From: an uncultured Oscillospiraceae bacterium
Lineage (GTDB): Bacteria > Bacillota > Clostridia > Oscillospirales > Oscillospiraceae
Direction: 5' to 3'
DNA length: 57,687 nt
NCBI GenBank assembly: GCA_934590505.1
Contig: CAKTPC010000001.1
Location: 1 to 57,687 of the forward strand
Shown here: one piece after another, positions 31,921 through 41,592 of the stretch
Layout of the letters: each line of letters starts with the position of its first letter
Position numbering within the stretch: position 1 is the stretch's first letter
The notes under the pieces: model-generated
What the model was told of the DNA's origin: nothing
What the model saw: the letters and a program-made list of their open reading frames with translations, nothing else
Databases searched by the model: none
Program-made: the position numbers and the translations under genes

Positions 31921-32796
31921 TCACACGACCAGGTTTATAAACATACCGCTTACCGCGCTGAGGATGAACAGCAGCGCAATGACCGTCAGGTTCTCGCGGC
32001 GGTTCTTGTTCGTGCGCAGCAGCACCAGCAGGCCGATGCCGGCGTTTGACAACAGCCCCGCGAACAGCCCGCCGAGCCCGATGATACCGGAGAGATACGC
32101 CTCAGTTATGACAACGGAGATGGAGCAGTTCGGTATAAGCCCGAAGAGCGCGAGCAGCAGTTCCCCGACGACGGGCGCTGTAAACACCGTTGCGCCCAGC
32201 CGCTCAATGCCGACAAGCTCCAATATTATATTCAGCGCGAAGGTGACGGCGATCAGCATCACGGCGATCTTCACCGTGTGCTTGAGCGCCGAGAGCCACA
32301 CGCTGCCCTCCTCCTCGTCGCATTCGCAGTGCTCGCGCTCGCAGAAGCTGTGGATGTTTTTGCCCCGCGCGAAGAGCCTGCTGCCGAAAGCGTCAACAAG
32401 GTAGCCCAGGACAATGCCCATCACGGCCTTTGCCGCGACTATCACGGCGATCTGCCCGATGTCTGTCGCGCCCTTCCCGTCTGCAAGCGAGGAGAGCATG
32501 ACCGGCAGCATCTCATCCGAGGTGGCAAAAAATACCGCGAGCATCGTCCCTGCGCTTATCGAGCCTGTGGAAAACAGCGTTGCCGCCGCACCGGATATGC
32601 CGCACTGCGGTATTGCGCCGAGCAGACCGCCCAGCGCGGGCCCTGCCTTGCGGGAGTATGAATGCAGTATGCCCTCGTCAAGACGCTTGCTGTTTTCGAG
32701 CATTTCCATAAGCAGATATGCGAGGAACAGTATAGGTATGCTCAGTGCGCCGTCCTTCAGCGCGTCAAGCGCGCAGTCGAGTATAAGTTCAGTCAA
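31921..32796 (-). CDS. Putative 10-TM metal transporter (ArsP_2/DUF2899-like; the family call is tentative)
   Basis: TTG start with AGGAGA SD. Polytopic membrane protein with a PQCGISGAAATLF / ATSDEMLP pair and a cytoplasmic His/Cys/acidic loop HSFCEREHCECDEEEG. Confidence 0.5.
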   Translation of the reverse strand: MTELILDCALDALKDGALSIPILFLAYLLMEMLENSKRLDEGILHSYSRKAGPALGGLLGAIPQCGISGAAATLFSTGSISAGTMLAVFFATSDEMLPVMLSSLADGKGATDIGQIAVIVAAKAVMGIVLGYLVDAFGSRLFARGKNIHSFCEREHCECDEEEGSVWLSALKHTVKIAVMLIAVTFALNIILELVGIERLGATVFTAPVVGELLLALFGLIPNCSISVVITEAYLSGIIGLGGLFAGLLSNAGIGLLVLLRTNKNRRENLTVIALLFILSAVSGMFINLVV

Positions 32797-32833
32797 TTAA
32801 AGCTTCTCCTGTATAGATAGAATTTTGCTCTTT

Positions 32834-32862
32834 ATAGTACCTGCTGAAGCCGTGTTTGTCAA
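32834..32862 (-). promoter_or_regulatory. SigA-type promoter for the metal-transporter gene
   Basis: On the minus strand: TTGACA (32862-32857), 17-nt spacer, TACTAT (32839-32834). Confidence 0.4.
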
Positions 32863-32890
32863 GGCTCAGCGACTTTTTTGCCCGTTTCTA

Positions 32891-32919
32891 TTGAATTAAA
32901 GTAAGTATTCTGGTATTAT
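32891..32919 (+). promoter_or_regulatory. SigA-type promoter for recJ-relA-dtd
   Basis: TTGAAT (32891-32896), 17-nt spacer, TATTAT (32914-32919), 36 nt upstream of ATG 32955. Confidence 0.4.
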
Positions 32920-32954
32920 TAATTATTAAAAAATATTTGAGAAGAGTAAAATAG

Positions 32955-34964
32955 ATGAAAACAAAGGACTGGACAATTCCATTTACCAGACCGGACGTTC
33001 CGCATGAACTTTTGTCGGCGGGCTTTACGCCGCTGCTGTCGATGGTGCTGTCGCTGCGGGGGATAAAAACCGCCGCCGAAGCGCAGGCGCTCATCTCCGG
33101 CGGGGAGGAGCTGCTGTGCGACCCCATGCTGATGCTGGACATGGACAAGGCGCGCGAGCGTATTCTGCGCGCGATAAGGGAAGGGGAGACCGTCGCGGTC
33201 TACGGCGACTATGACGTGGACGGCATCACCTCCACCTGCCTTGTCACCGACTATCTGCGCCGAAAGGGGCTCAAGTGCGTGCCCTATATACCTGACCGGA
33301 ACGAGGAGGGCTACGGGCTCAACTGCGCCGCGCTCGATACGCTCAAGGCGCAGGGCGTGAGCCTTGTCATAACGGTCGACTGCGGCATCACCGCCGTCGA
33401 GGAGGCCGCGCACGCCGCGCAGATCGGCGTCGACATGGTCATCACCGACCATCATGAGTGCCGCCCGGACGCGCTGCCCGAAGTCACTGCGCTTGTCGAC
33501 TGCAAGCGCGACGGGGACACCTATCCCAACAAGAACCTTGCCGGCGTCGGCGTCGCGCTCAAGCTCGTCTGCGCCTGCGAGGGCGACAGTTCAAAAATGC
33601 TTGAGATGTACGGCGACCTTGCCGCGATAGGCACCGTGGCGGATGTCATGCCCCTCACGGGGGAGAACCACTTCCTCGTGCGCTATGGTATTTCCCGCAT
33701 CGCGAAGGCCCCGCGCCCCGGCATCGCGGCGATGTTCCGAGAATCCGGAACTGACGCCCGCCACCTGACGGCCTCGACCATAGGCTTTTCCCTTGCCCCG
33801 CGCCTCAACGCTGCGGGCAGGCTCGGTCGGGCTAGCGTCGCCGCGCGGCTCCTCATGAGCCGGGACGAAAACGAAGCCGCGGCTCTTGCAAAGGAGCTGT
33901 GCGAGCTCAACCGCCAGCGTCAGAGCATAGAGACGCAGATATGGCAGGAGGCCAACGATATCATAAAGGACTCCGACCCGCAGGACCCGATAGTCCTTGC
34001 AAGCGACCGCTGGCACCAGGGCGTTATCGGCATCGCCGCATCAAGGCTTGCCGAGCAGTATTCGCTCCCGGCGATAATCATCTGCTTAAACGGGGAGAAC
34101 GGCAAGGGCTCCTGCCGCAGCTACGGCGGCTTTAATCTCTTTGAAGCGCTCTCGGCCTGCTCCGAAAACCTCACCGGCTTCGGCGGGCACGCGCTCGCTG
34201 CGGGGCTGAACATCCGCCGCGACAGGCTCGACCGGTTCCGCGAAGCGCTCTCGGCGTACTACCGCCGTCACCGCCCCGCACCTCTGCCGGAGGTCTGCTG
34301 TGACCTGCTTATAACCGACCCCTCGCTCCTTAGCGTGGAGAATGTCCGCTCGCTTGATATGCTCGAGCCCTACGGCAACGCAAACCCAAGACCCATCATG
34401 TGCATCTGCGGTGCGGCGCTCGAATCGGCCTCCGAGGTCGGCGGCGGAAAGCACCTGCGTATGCGCGTGCGCTTGGGAGCGGCGCACTTTGAGTGCATCT
34501 TCTTTTCGCACACCGCCCGGCAGCTCGGCATTTCCGAGGGGGACTCTGTCGACCTCGCCTTTACGCCGCAGATAAATGAGTTTCGCGGCAATGTCACCGT
34601 GCAGCTAGTCACCGCCGCCGTGCGCCGGCACGACCCGACGGCCCTCTGTTCGGCGATACTCGCCGGGGACGAAAGCATCAACTGGGCGGCGGCAGCCTAC
34701 TGCCCCGGACGTGCGGACTTCGTGCGCGTGTGGCGTGCTATGGACAAGGACTTTGCCGTCGGCAAAAACGCCGCGGACGTTATACATCAGTGCATAGCGG
34801 GCATGCCGCCCGAAAAGTTCTGCCTGTGCCTTATGGTGCTCAGGGAGACGGGACTCCTCAGAAGCGAGGACGGCGGCATATATTCTTCCCGCTGCGCCAG
34901 TATTTCCGGCAAGGCCGATCTTGAGGGCACCCACCTTATCCGCGCGCTGCGCGCACTTGCGTAG
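32955..34964 (+). CDS. recJ: Single-stranded-DNA-specific exonuclease RecJ
   Basis: DHH motifs VAVYGDYDVDGITS, DRNEEGYGL, ITVDCGI, VITDHHE, plus a DHHA1 region GGHALAAG. 669 aa. Confidence 0.9.
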   Translation: MKTKDWTIPFTRPDVPHELLSAGFTPLLSMVLSLRGIKTAAEAQALISGGEELLCDPMLMLDMDKARERILRAIREGETVAVYGDYDVDGITSTCLVTDYLRRKGLKCVPYIPDRNEEGYGLNCAALDTLKAQGVSLVITVDCGITAVEEAAHAAQIGVDMVITDHHECRPDALPEVTALVDCKRDGDTYPNKNLAGVGVALKLVCACEGDSSKMLEMYGDLAAIGTVADVMPLTGENHFLVRYGISRIAKAPRPGIAAMFRESGTDARHLTASTIGFSLAPRLNAAGRLGRASVAARLLMSRDENEAAALAKELCELNRQRQSIETQIWQEANDIIKDSDPQDPIVLASDRWHQGVIGIAASRLAEQYSLPAIIICLNGENGKGSCRSYGGFNLFEALSACSENLTGFGGHALAAGLNIRRDRLDRFREALSAYYRRHRPAPLPEVCCDLLITDPSLLSVENVRSLDMLEPYGNANPRPIMCICGAALESASEVGGGKHLRMRVRLGAAHFECIFFSHTARQLGISEGDSVDLAFTPQINEFRGNVTVQLVTAAVRRHDPTALCSAILAGDESINWAAAAYCPGRADFVRVWRAMDKDFAVGKNAADVIHQCIAGMPPEKFCLCLMVLRETGLLRSEDGGIYSSRCASISGKADLEGTHLIRALRALA

Positions 34965-34975
34965 AGGTTATTTAT

Positions 34976-37258
34976 ATGGAAAAGGAAAAGATGAAAAACG
35001 CGCCGGTCGACGGCGCCCATATGCCGGTAACGGACAACGCCGCGGCGAATGTCGATCCGGACAAGCTGTTCGAGGAGCTTGAGGAGAAGATAAAGAGCAG
35101 CGGCCACCCGATGGACCTCGGCCGCATCAGAGCCGCTTATGAGATGGCGCGCGTCGCCCACTCCGGGCAGAAGCGGCGCGACGGCTCGCCGTATGTCACG
35201 CACTGCATCGCCGCGGCGGATATCTCCGCCGACATGGGGCTGGATGAGGACTCCATCATCGCCGCGCTCCTGCATGACGTGATCGAGGACACGAACCTCA
35301 CCCATGAGGACATCGCCCGCCAGTTCGGCTCCGCCGTAGCGGATATTGTCGAGGGCGTCACAAAGCTCAGCCGCGTGCAGTACACCAGCAAAGAGGACGA
35401 GCAGATGGAGAACCTGCGCAAGATGCTCATGGCCATGGCCAAGGACATCCGCGTCATCCTCATCAAGATCGCCGACCGTTTGCACAATATGCGCACGATG
35501 GCCTACCAGACTGCCGAGAAGCAGCGCGCCAAGTCCCTTGAGACGATGGAGATATACGCGCCCATCGCGCACCGTCTCGGCATGCAGCGTGCCAAGTGGG
35601 AGCTGGAGGATCTGTCGCTTCAGTACCTCGACCCAGAGGGGTATAAGGAGATAACCGACGCACTGAATGCGAAGATGAATGAGTTGGAAGCCTTCATGGA
35701 CAGCGTCAAGAGCAAGATACAGGCGCGGCTCGACTCCGAAGGCGTGGAGGCCACGATCTTCTCACGCATCAAGCACGTCTACAGCATCTACCGCAAGATG
35801 TATTCACAACACCTTGACATAAACGGTATCTTCGACCTCTGCGCTTTCCGCGTTATTGTCGATACGATACCCGACTGCTATAATGTCCTTGGCATCATCC
35901 ATGATATGTTCAAGCCCGTACCTGGGCGTTTTAAGGATTATATATCCACGCCGAAGCCCAACATGTACCAGAGCGTGCACACGACGGTCATCGGCTCAGA
36001 GGGCATCCCGTTTGAGGTGCAGATACGCACTTGGGACATGCACCACACCGCCGAGTACGGCATTGCTGCGCACTGGAAGTATAAGATGGGCGACAGTGCC
36101 AACGCCGTCGTGCGCGCGGGGGACGAGGACAAGTTCGCGTGGATACGCAGGCTCCTTGAGAGCCAGCAGGAGTCCGACGCGCAGGACTTCTTCCATAACA
36201 TGAAGATAGACCTCTTTGCCGATGAGGTCTTTGTGTTCTCCCCGAAGGGCGACGTTATAAACCTTCCCGCCGGGGCAACGCCTATCGACTTTGCTTACAG
36301 CATACACTCCGATGTCGGCAACAATATGGTCGGCGCAAAGGTCAACGGCCGCATCGTCACCTATGACTATGTGCTCCAGAACGGCGATATCGTCGAGATA
36401 CGCACTTCAAAATCCGCGCCCGGTCCGAGCCGTGACTGGCTGAATATTGCCAAGAGCGGCTCCGCGCGTACCAAGATAAAGCAGTGGTACAAGAAGGAAC
36501 GGCGCGAGGAGAACGTTGCCCGCGGCCGCGAAATGCTCTCCGAGGAGCTGCGGCACAACAGTCTCACGCTTGACGATGTGCTTGACGAGAGCATCATCAC
36601 CCCGATTCTCAAGCGTTTGTCTTTCAGCTCGGTGGACGATCTCTATGCCGCCATCGGCTACGGCGGAGTTACCGCCACGAGGGTCGCGAACCGCCTGCGC
36701 GACGAGGTGCGCAACGTAAAGCCCGATAGAAAGACCGCACTTGAAAAAGTCTCCGAGGCCGCCGAGCGGCGCGAGCTGCAGGCGAAAAAGGGAGGCAAGG
36801 CCGTCCACGGCATTCTTGTCGCGGGGCTCAGCAACTGCCTTGTGAAGTTCTCCCGCTGCTGCACGCCTGTACCGGGGGACGATATCATAGGCTTCATCAC
36901 CCGCGGTCAGGGCGTGTCCATCCACCGGCGTGACTGTGCCAACTGCCGCCGCCTGCTCTCGCAGCCCGGCAACGAGGGGCGCTGCGTTGAGGTCGAGTGG
37001 GCAGGCAAGGTGGACGACAGCTACCAGACCACCGTCGTCATCACGGCGAAGGATCGCTCCGGCATCGTGCTGGATATCGCTGCGGTGCTGAATGTGCTCA
37101 ACGCCAAGGTGCGTACGCTCTCCGCACGCGACAACGGCGCGGGAACCGCCGTCACCTCCGTGACGCTGGAGGTCAAGGATGCGGCAGAGCTCAAATATGT
37201 CATGAACAGGCTCACCTCGATACAGGGCGTCATATCAGTTGCAAGAAACGGAGATTAG
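34976..37258 (+). CDS. relA: Bifunctional (p)ppGpp synthetase/hydrolase (RelA/SpoT homologue)
   Basis: HD domain HSGQKRRDGSPYVTHC...LLHDVIEDT. Synthetase region RIKHVYSIYRKM, FRVIV, YQSVHT. TGS and ACT domains follow. 760 aa. Confidence 0.92.
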   Translation: MEKEKMKNAPVDGAHMPVTDNAAANVDPDKLFEELEEKIKSSGHPMDLGRIRAAYEMARVAHSGQKRRDGSPYVTHCIAAADISADMGLDEDSIIAALLHDVIEDTNLTHEDIARQFGSAVADIVEGVTKLSRVQYTSKEDEQMENLRKMLMAMAKDIRVILIKIADRLHNMRTMAYQTAEKQRAKSLETMEIYAPIAHRLGMQRAKWELEDLSLQYLDPEGYKEITDALNAKMNELEAFMDSVKSKIQARLDSEGVEATIFSRIKHVYSIYRKMYSQHLDINGIFDLCAFRVIVDTIPDCYNVLGIIHDMFKPVPGRFKDYISTPKPNMYQSVHTTVIGSEGIPFEVQIRTWDMHHTAEYGIAAHWKYKMGDSANAVVRAGDEDKFAWIRRLLESQQESDAQDFFHNMKIDLFADEVFVFSPKGDVINLPAGATPIDFAYSIHSDVGNNMVGAKVNGRIVTYDYVLQNGDIVEIRTSKSAPGPSRDWLNIAKSGSARTKIKQWYKKERREENVARGREMLSEELRHNSLTLDDVLDESIITPILKRLSFSSVDDLYAAIGYGGVTATRVANRLRDEVRNVKPDRKTALEKVSEAAERRELQAKKGGKAVHGILVAGLSNCLVKFSRCCTPVPGDDIIGFITRGQGVSIHRRDCANCRRLLSQPGNEGRCVEVEWAGKVDDSYQTTVVITAKDRSGIVLDIAAVLNVLNAKVRTLSARDNGAGTAVTSVTLEVKDAAELKYVMNRLTSIQGVISVARNGD

Positions 37259-37261
37259 TAT

Positions 37262-37708
37262 ATGAGAGCAGTTGTTACAAGAGTCACTTCCGCCTCCGTC
37301 GAGATAGACGGGGCGGTGCACGGAAAAATCGGCAGGGGCTTCCTTGTGCTCCTCGGCGTGCATCAGGACGATACCGAGGCCGAGGCGCTGAAGATCGCCG
37401 ATAAGATATGCGGCCTGCGCGTGTTTGACGACGCCGACGGGAAGATGAACCTCGCCCCGGCGGACGCGGGTGCGGCGGAGCTGCTGATAGTCAGCCAATT
37501 CACGCTGTTTGCCGACTGCAAGTCCCGCCGTCCCGGCTTCTCAAAGGCCGCGCGGCCCGACAAGGCGATCCCGCTTTATGAGCTTGTCATCAGCCGGTGC
37601 CGCGAGCGCGGCTTCAAAGTTGAGACGGGCGTCTTTGCCGCCGATATGCAGGTCGCGTCAGTAAACGACGGACCGATAACTATTATAATAGATACAAAGG
37701 AGCTTTGA
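37262..37708 (+). CDS. dtd: D-aminoacyl-tRNA deacylase
   Basis: MRAVVTRVTSASVEIDG, GFLVLLGV, SQFTLFAD. 148 aa. Conserved recJ-relA-dtd order. Confidence 0.9.
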   Translation: MRAVVTRVTSASVEIDGAVHGKIGRGFLVLLGVHQDDTEAEALKIADKICGLRVFDDADGKMNLAPADAGAAELLIVSQFTLFADCKSRRPGFSKAARPDKAIPLYELVISRCRERGFKVETGVFAADMQVASVNDGPITIIIDTKEL

Positions 37709-37711
37709 GCC

Positions 37712-38323
37712 ATGCTTATAAAAACCATCCCCGTAGGCCAGCTTGAGGAAAACTGCTACGTCGTCACGAACGAAGCTGCGCTTGAGAGCGTCGTCATCGA
37801 CCCCGGCGACGAGGCGAACACCATTCTCGATTATCTTGAGTCGAACAAGCTCAAGTGCGTCGCTATCATGATAACGCACGGGCACTTTGACCATGTCGGC
37901 GCGGTCGACGCCGTCGCCGAGGAGACCGGCGCGACCGTGTACATGAACGAGCTGGATGACGCCAAGCGCCACCAGAACAATCATTCGAGCTACACCCTGC
38001 GCGATGGCGGCATATACTATTCCGACGGCGATGTCATTGACGCCGCCGGGCTGAGCTTTCATATTATTGCCACCCCAGGCCATACCCCCGGCGGCGTGAC
38101 CATACAGGTCGAGGACTGCCTCTTCACCGGGGATACGCTCTTCAGGGGCAGCTGCGGCAGGACGGATCTTGACGGCGGCGATATCAATCAGGAGCTTGCC
38201 TCTCTGCGTAGGATATGCTCTCTCCCCGGGGACTATGAGGTCTATCCCGGCCATATGGACAGCACCACGCTTGAGCGCGAGCGTATGTTCAATTACTATT
38301 GCCGCAGCGCCATGCAGGGCTGA
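37712..38323 (+). CDS. MBL-fold metallo-hydrolase (glyoxalase-II-like)
   Basis: ITHGHFDHVG (HxHxDH), TPGHTPGG, TGDTLF. 203 aa. Confidence 0.8.
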   Translation: MLIKTIPVGQLEENCYVVTNEAALESVVIDPGDEANTILDYLESNKLKCVAIMITHGHFDHVGAVDAVAEETGATVYMNELDDAKRHQNNHSSYTLRDGGIYYSDGDVIDAAGLSFHIIATPGHTPGGVTIQVEDCLFTGDTLFRGSCGRTDLDGGDINQELASLRRICSLPGDYEVYPGHMDSTTLERERMFNYYCRSAMQG

Positions 38324-38339
38324 TGCGATATGGAGAAAT

Positions 38340-39317
38340 ATGACTGAGCAAGCATATAAAAACATATACAGAATTTACGTTCCCCTTACCGGCAACCCGC
38401 TCAAATCGCTCAACAGCTATCTGATAAAGGCCGAGGGCACTGGAAAAAACCTGCTTATCGACACCGGCTTCAACTGCGAAGAGTGCCTTGAAGCGCTGCT
38501 TGGAGGCATGGCAGAGCTGGGAGCGACCGCGGAGAATACGGATGTTTTCCTCTCCCATATGCATTCCGACCACTGCGGCAATGCCGCCTCGCTCCAGAAG
38601 CTCGGCATGAAATTACTGATGAACGAACCGGACTACCGTTTTATGAACCGGATGGACTGGCAGCCGCGCGGCCTGTGGTACGCCGCTGAGGGGATGCCCG
38701 CTGAGGTCTGGAAGGACAGCCTGAACAAGAACCCCGCGGCGCAGTTCGCTTCGGAACCCTTTGATATTGTCTCCCTCAATGATGGGGATACGCTGGAGTA
38801 CGGCGGCTATACTCTGCGCTGTATCGTCACGCCCGGCCACACGCCGGGGCATATGTGCCTGTACATTCCGGAGGAGAAGCTTCTCTTCTCGGGCGACCAT
38901 GTGCTCTTTGACATCACGCCCAATATATGCGCCGTTGCCCCGGGCGACGATATGCTCGGCGAATATCTTTCGAGCCTTGAAAAGATACGTAAGCTCGATA
39001 TCGCTGTCACGCTGCCGGCGCATCGCGGCACGGGCAATGTCGATGTTTACAGCAGGATCGACGCGCTCGAAGCGCATCACCAGAAGCGCCTTGAGGAGGT
39101 GCTCGACATCGTGCGCCGCAAAGACGGCATCAACGCCTATACCATTACCGGCCTCATGCGCTGGAACATCCGCGCCAAGAGCTGGGAGGATTTCCCCGCC
39201 GGGCAGAAGTGGTTTGCAATGGGCGAGGTGCTCGCGCATATATACAGGCTCTGCGTCCTGGGCAAGGTGCGCCGTGAGCTGCTTGACGACGGCCATGCGG
39301 TGTATCACGCCGTGTGA
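38340..39317 (+). CDS. MBL-fold metallo-hydrolase with C-terminal helical extension
   Basis: Start moved to MTEQAYKN. SHMHSDHCGN, TPGHTPGHMC, SGDHVLFD. Paralogue of 40599-41588. Confidence 0.75.
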   Translation: MTEQAYKNIYRIYVPLTGNPLKSLNSYLIKAEGTGKNLLIDTGFNCEECLEALLGGMAELGATAENTDVFLSHMHSDHCGNAASLQKLGMKLLMNEPDYRFMNRMDWQPRGLWYAAEGMPAEVWKDSLNKNPAAQFASEPFDIVSLNDGDTLEYGGYTLRCIVTPGHTPGHMCLYIPEEKLLFSGDHVLFDITPNICAVAPGDDMLGEYLSSLEKIRKLDIAVTLPAHRGTGNVDVYSRIDALEAHHQKRLEEVLDIVRRKDGINAYTITGLMRWNIRAKSWEDFPAGQKWFAMGEVLAHIYRLCVLGKVRRELLDDGHAVYHAV

Positions 39318-39442
39318 CTGTGACTGTGTAAATCTGTGAAAATTGTCTATTGAATTTCCCGGCGGCTTGGCGCATAATCTTCCGGGATCAGATACAGAGC
39401 CATATATAAGACCATAATATATAAACGATAGGAGGTTTCGCT

Positions 39443-40528
39443 ATGAAGCGTTCTACAAAGATCGCGCTCATCACGAGCGGCGGCGATTGTCAGGGGCTGA
39501 ACGCGGCGATCCGCGGCGTCGGCAAATCGCTGTTCCAGCGCATGGACAACGTTGAAATATACGGAATGTATGACGGATACCGCGGGCTCATCGAAGGCGA
39601 CTATAAATTCATGGAGCCGCAGGATCTCTCCGGCATTCTCACCGAGGGCGGCACGATCCTCGGCACCTCGCGCCAGAACTATGTCCCGGGGAAGGATATT
39701 GTGGACGATAACGGCAACAGCGTCATCCCCTCAATGCTCCAGACATACAACCGTCTCAATCTTGACTGCCTTGTCATCATGGGCGGCAACGGCACGCAGA
39801 AGAGCGCAAAGCTCATTGCCGATGCCGGCATGAACGTCATCACCCTGCCCAAGACCATCGATAACGATATCTGGGGTACGGACACGACCTTCGGCTTCCA
39901 GAGCGCCGTTGACATCGCAACGAACGTCATCGACTATATCCATTCCACCGCAAGCTCTCACAGCCGCATTTTCGTCGTGGAGCTTATGGGGCGCGACGCC
40001 GGCTGGCTCACGCTCAACGCCGGTATCGGCAGCGGAGCCGATATTATACTTATCCCAGAGATTCCATACGACCTCAATAAGGTCGCCGAGCTTATCGAGG
40101 AGCGCAACCGTCAGGGCAAGCGTTATTCCATAATCGCCTGCGCCGAGGGTGCGGTCTCAGTGGACGATGTCAAGCTTGACGAGGAGGCCAGCCGCCGCAA
40201 GCGCGAGAACAGCAGGCACTCCACCGTCTCCTATGAGATCGCCGACCGGCTCGAAAAGCTCACCGGCAAGGAAGCGCGCGTTACCGTGCCCGGACACTAT
40301 CAGCGCGGCGGCCCTCCCTGCCCGTATGACAGAGTCCTCGCAACTCAGTTCGGCGTTGCCGCGGCCGACCTTATCATCAATAAGCAGTATGGCCGCATGG
40401 TTGCCGTGCAGGGCGGACAGATCGTGTCTATCCCGCTGGAGGACGCCGCCAGCAAGACCAAGTTCCTGCCGGTGGATCATCCGATGATCCAGGTCGCCCG
40501 CAAGATGGGCATCAGCCTTGGCGACTGA
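39443..40528 (+). CDS. pfkA: 6-phosphofructokinase
   Basis: ITSGGDCQGLNAAIRG, MGGNGT, PKTIDNDI, ELMGRDAGW. 361 aa. Confidence 0.88.
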   Translation: MKRSTKIALITSGGDCQGLNAAIRGVGKSLFQRMDNVEIYGMYDGYRGLIEGDYKFMEPQDLSGILTEGGTILGTSRQNYVPGKDIVDDNGNSVIPSMLQTYNRLNLDCLVIMGGNGTQKSAKLIADAGMNVITLPKTIDNDIWGTDTTFGFQSAVDIATNVIDYIHSTASSHSRIFVVELMGRDAGWLTLNAGIGSGADIILIPEIPYDLNKVAELIEERNRQGKRYSIIACAEGAVSVDDVKLDEEASRRKRENSRHSTVSYEIADRLEKLTGKEARVTVPGHYQRGGPPCPYDRVLATQFGVAAADLIINKQYGRMVAVQGGQIVSIPLEDAASKTKFLPVDHPMIQVARKMGISLGD

Positions 40529-40544
40529 TACATAATAAAGCCTC

Positions 40545-40588
40545 AGCACCGGGTGCGGCCGTTTAATTGAACGGCTGCACCCGGTGCT
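40545..40588. terminator. Bidirectional rho-independent terminator between pfkA and the convergent MBL gene
   Basis: 19-bp stem agcaccgggtgcggccgtt (40545-40563) / aacggctgcacccggtgct (40570-40588) with one wobble pair. T-rich flanks on both strands. Confidence 0.75.
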
Positions 40589-40598
40589 TCTTTAAGGT

Positions 40599-41588
40599 TT
40601 ATTTTTCTGCGGCATAATATCTTATAACGCCGTCAGTATCCGTCCTGCGCTCCGCAAGTCCTGAGCAGCACATATGCTGCAGATGCGCCATGCATTCGCA
40701 TACGGCGAAGTATTTCTGCGACGGTGGGAAATCGTCCCAGCTTGCGGCGCGTATGCTCCATTTCATCCGCGCGGCAGCCTCGTAGCAGGTCAGCCCCGAC
40801 CTGCCGCGCACGATCGCGGACAGCTCTTCAACGCGGCGCTGATGGTGATTTATAAGCTCCTCGGCGCGCTCGGCAAGGGGAATGCTCCCAGCAGTCCTGT
40901 GCGCGGGCAGAGCCGTTTTTACCGGCAGCTTCTGCACGGCACGGAGGCTTTTGAGGTATTCGCCGAGCGCGTCATCCTCCCACGTCCAGAGGACGATGTT
41001 CGGAGAGATATCAAACAGAACATGGTCGCCGAGAAAGATGATCTCATTTTCACGGTCGTACAGCGAGATGTGCCCGGGGGAGTGACCGTAGGTCGGGAGA
41101 CATTCAAGCCTGTGTCCGCCATATTCAAGAACGGCTCCCGCCTTGACTGTCTCCGCGGGGAAGAGCTCCGGCAGCATGATCGGGCTCGGGTTGTGCACAA
41201 ACATCGCGTCGATCACGTCAGACGGGACACCGGCATCAATGGACTTCTGCCGGGCTCCGTAGAACTCCGGAGAGTGCGACTCGATGACCCCCTGATAGTC
41301 GCGCTCGCCCATGATGATGCGGTACCCGAGCGCTGCGAGGCAGGCGGCGTTGCCGGTATGATCGGCATGGATATGTGTAAGGAAAACGTCGGTATTCTCA
41401 GGTGTCAGCTCAAGATCACTCATCCCGGCTTCAAGGTCATGCCGCGATTCCGGCAGGGCATAGCCGGTGTCAATCAGCAGATTTTTCCCGCTGCCGCTTT
41501 TTATCACATAGCAGTTGAGATACTTGAGCGGGCTGCGCGGAAGCGTGATCGGAAAGCAGAATATATTGTCACAGATTTTTTTGATCAT
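40599..41588 (-). CDS. MBL-fold metallo-hydrolase with C-terminal helical extension
   Basis: Start moved to MIKKICDNIF. THIHADHTGN, YGHSPGHIS, LGDHVLFD. It starts 4 nt after the GroEL-like stop. Confidence 0.75.
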   Translation of the reverse strand: MIKKICDNIFCFPITLPRSPLKYLNCYVIKSGSGKNLLIDTGYALPESRHDLEAGMSDLELTPENTDVFLTHIHADHTGNAACLAALGYRIIMGERDYQGVIESHSPEFYGARQKSIDAGVPSDVIDAMFVHNPSPIMLPELFPAETVKAGAVLEYGGHRLECLPTYGHSPGHISLYDRENEIIFLGDHVLFDISPNIVLWTWEDDALGEYLKSLRAVQKLPVKTALPAHRTAGSIPLAERAEELINHHQRRVEELSAIVRGRSGLTCYEAAARMKWSIRAASWDDFPPSQKYFAVCECMAHLQHMCCSGLAERRTDTDGVIRYYAAEK

Positions 41589-41592
41589 AAAT

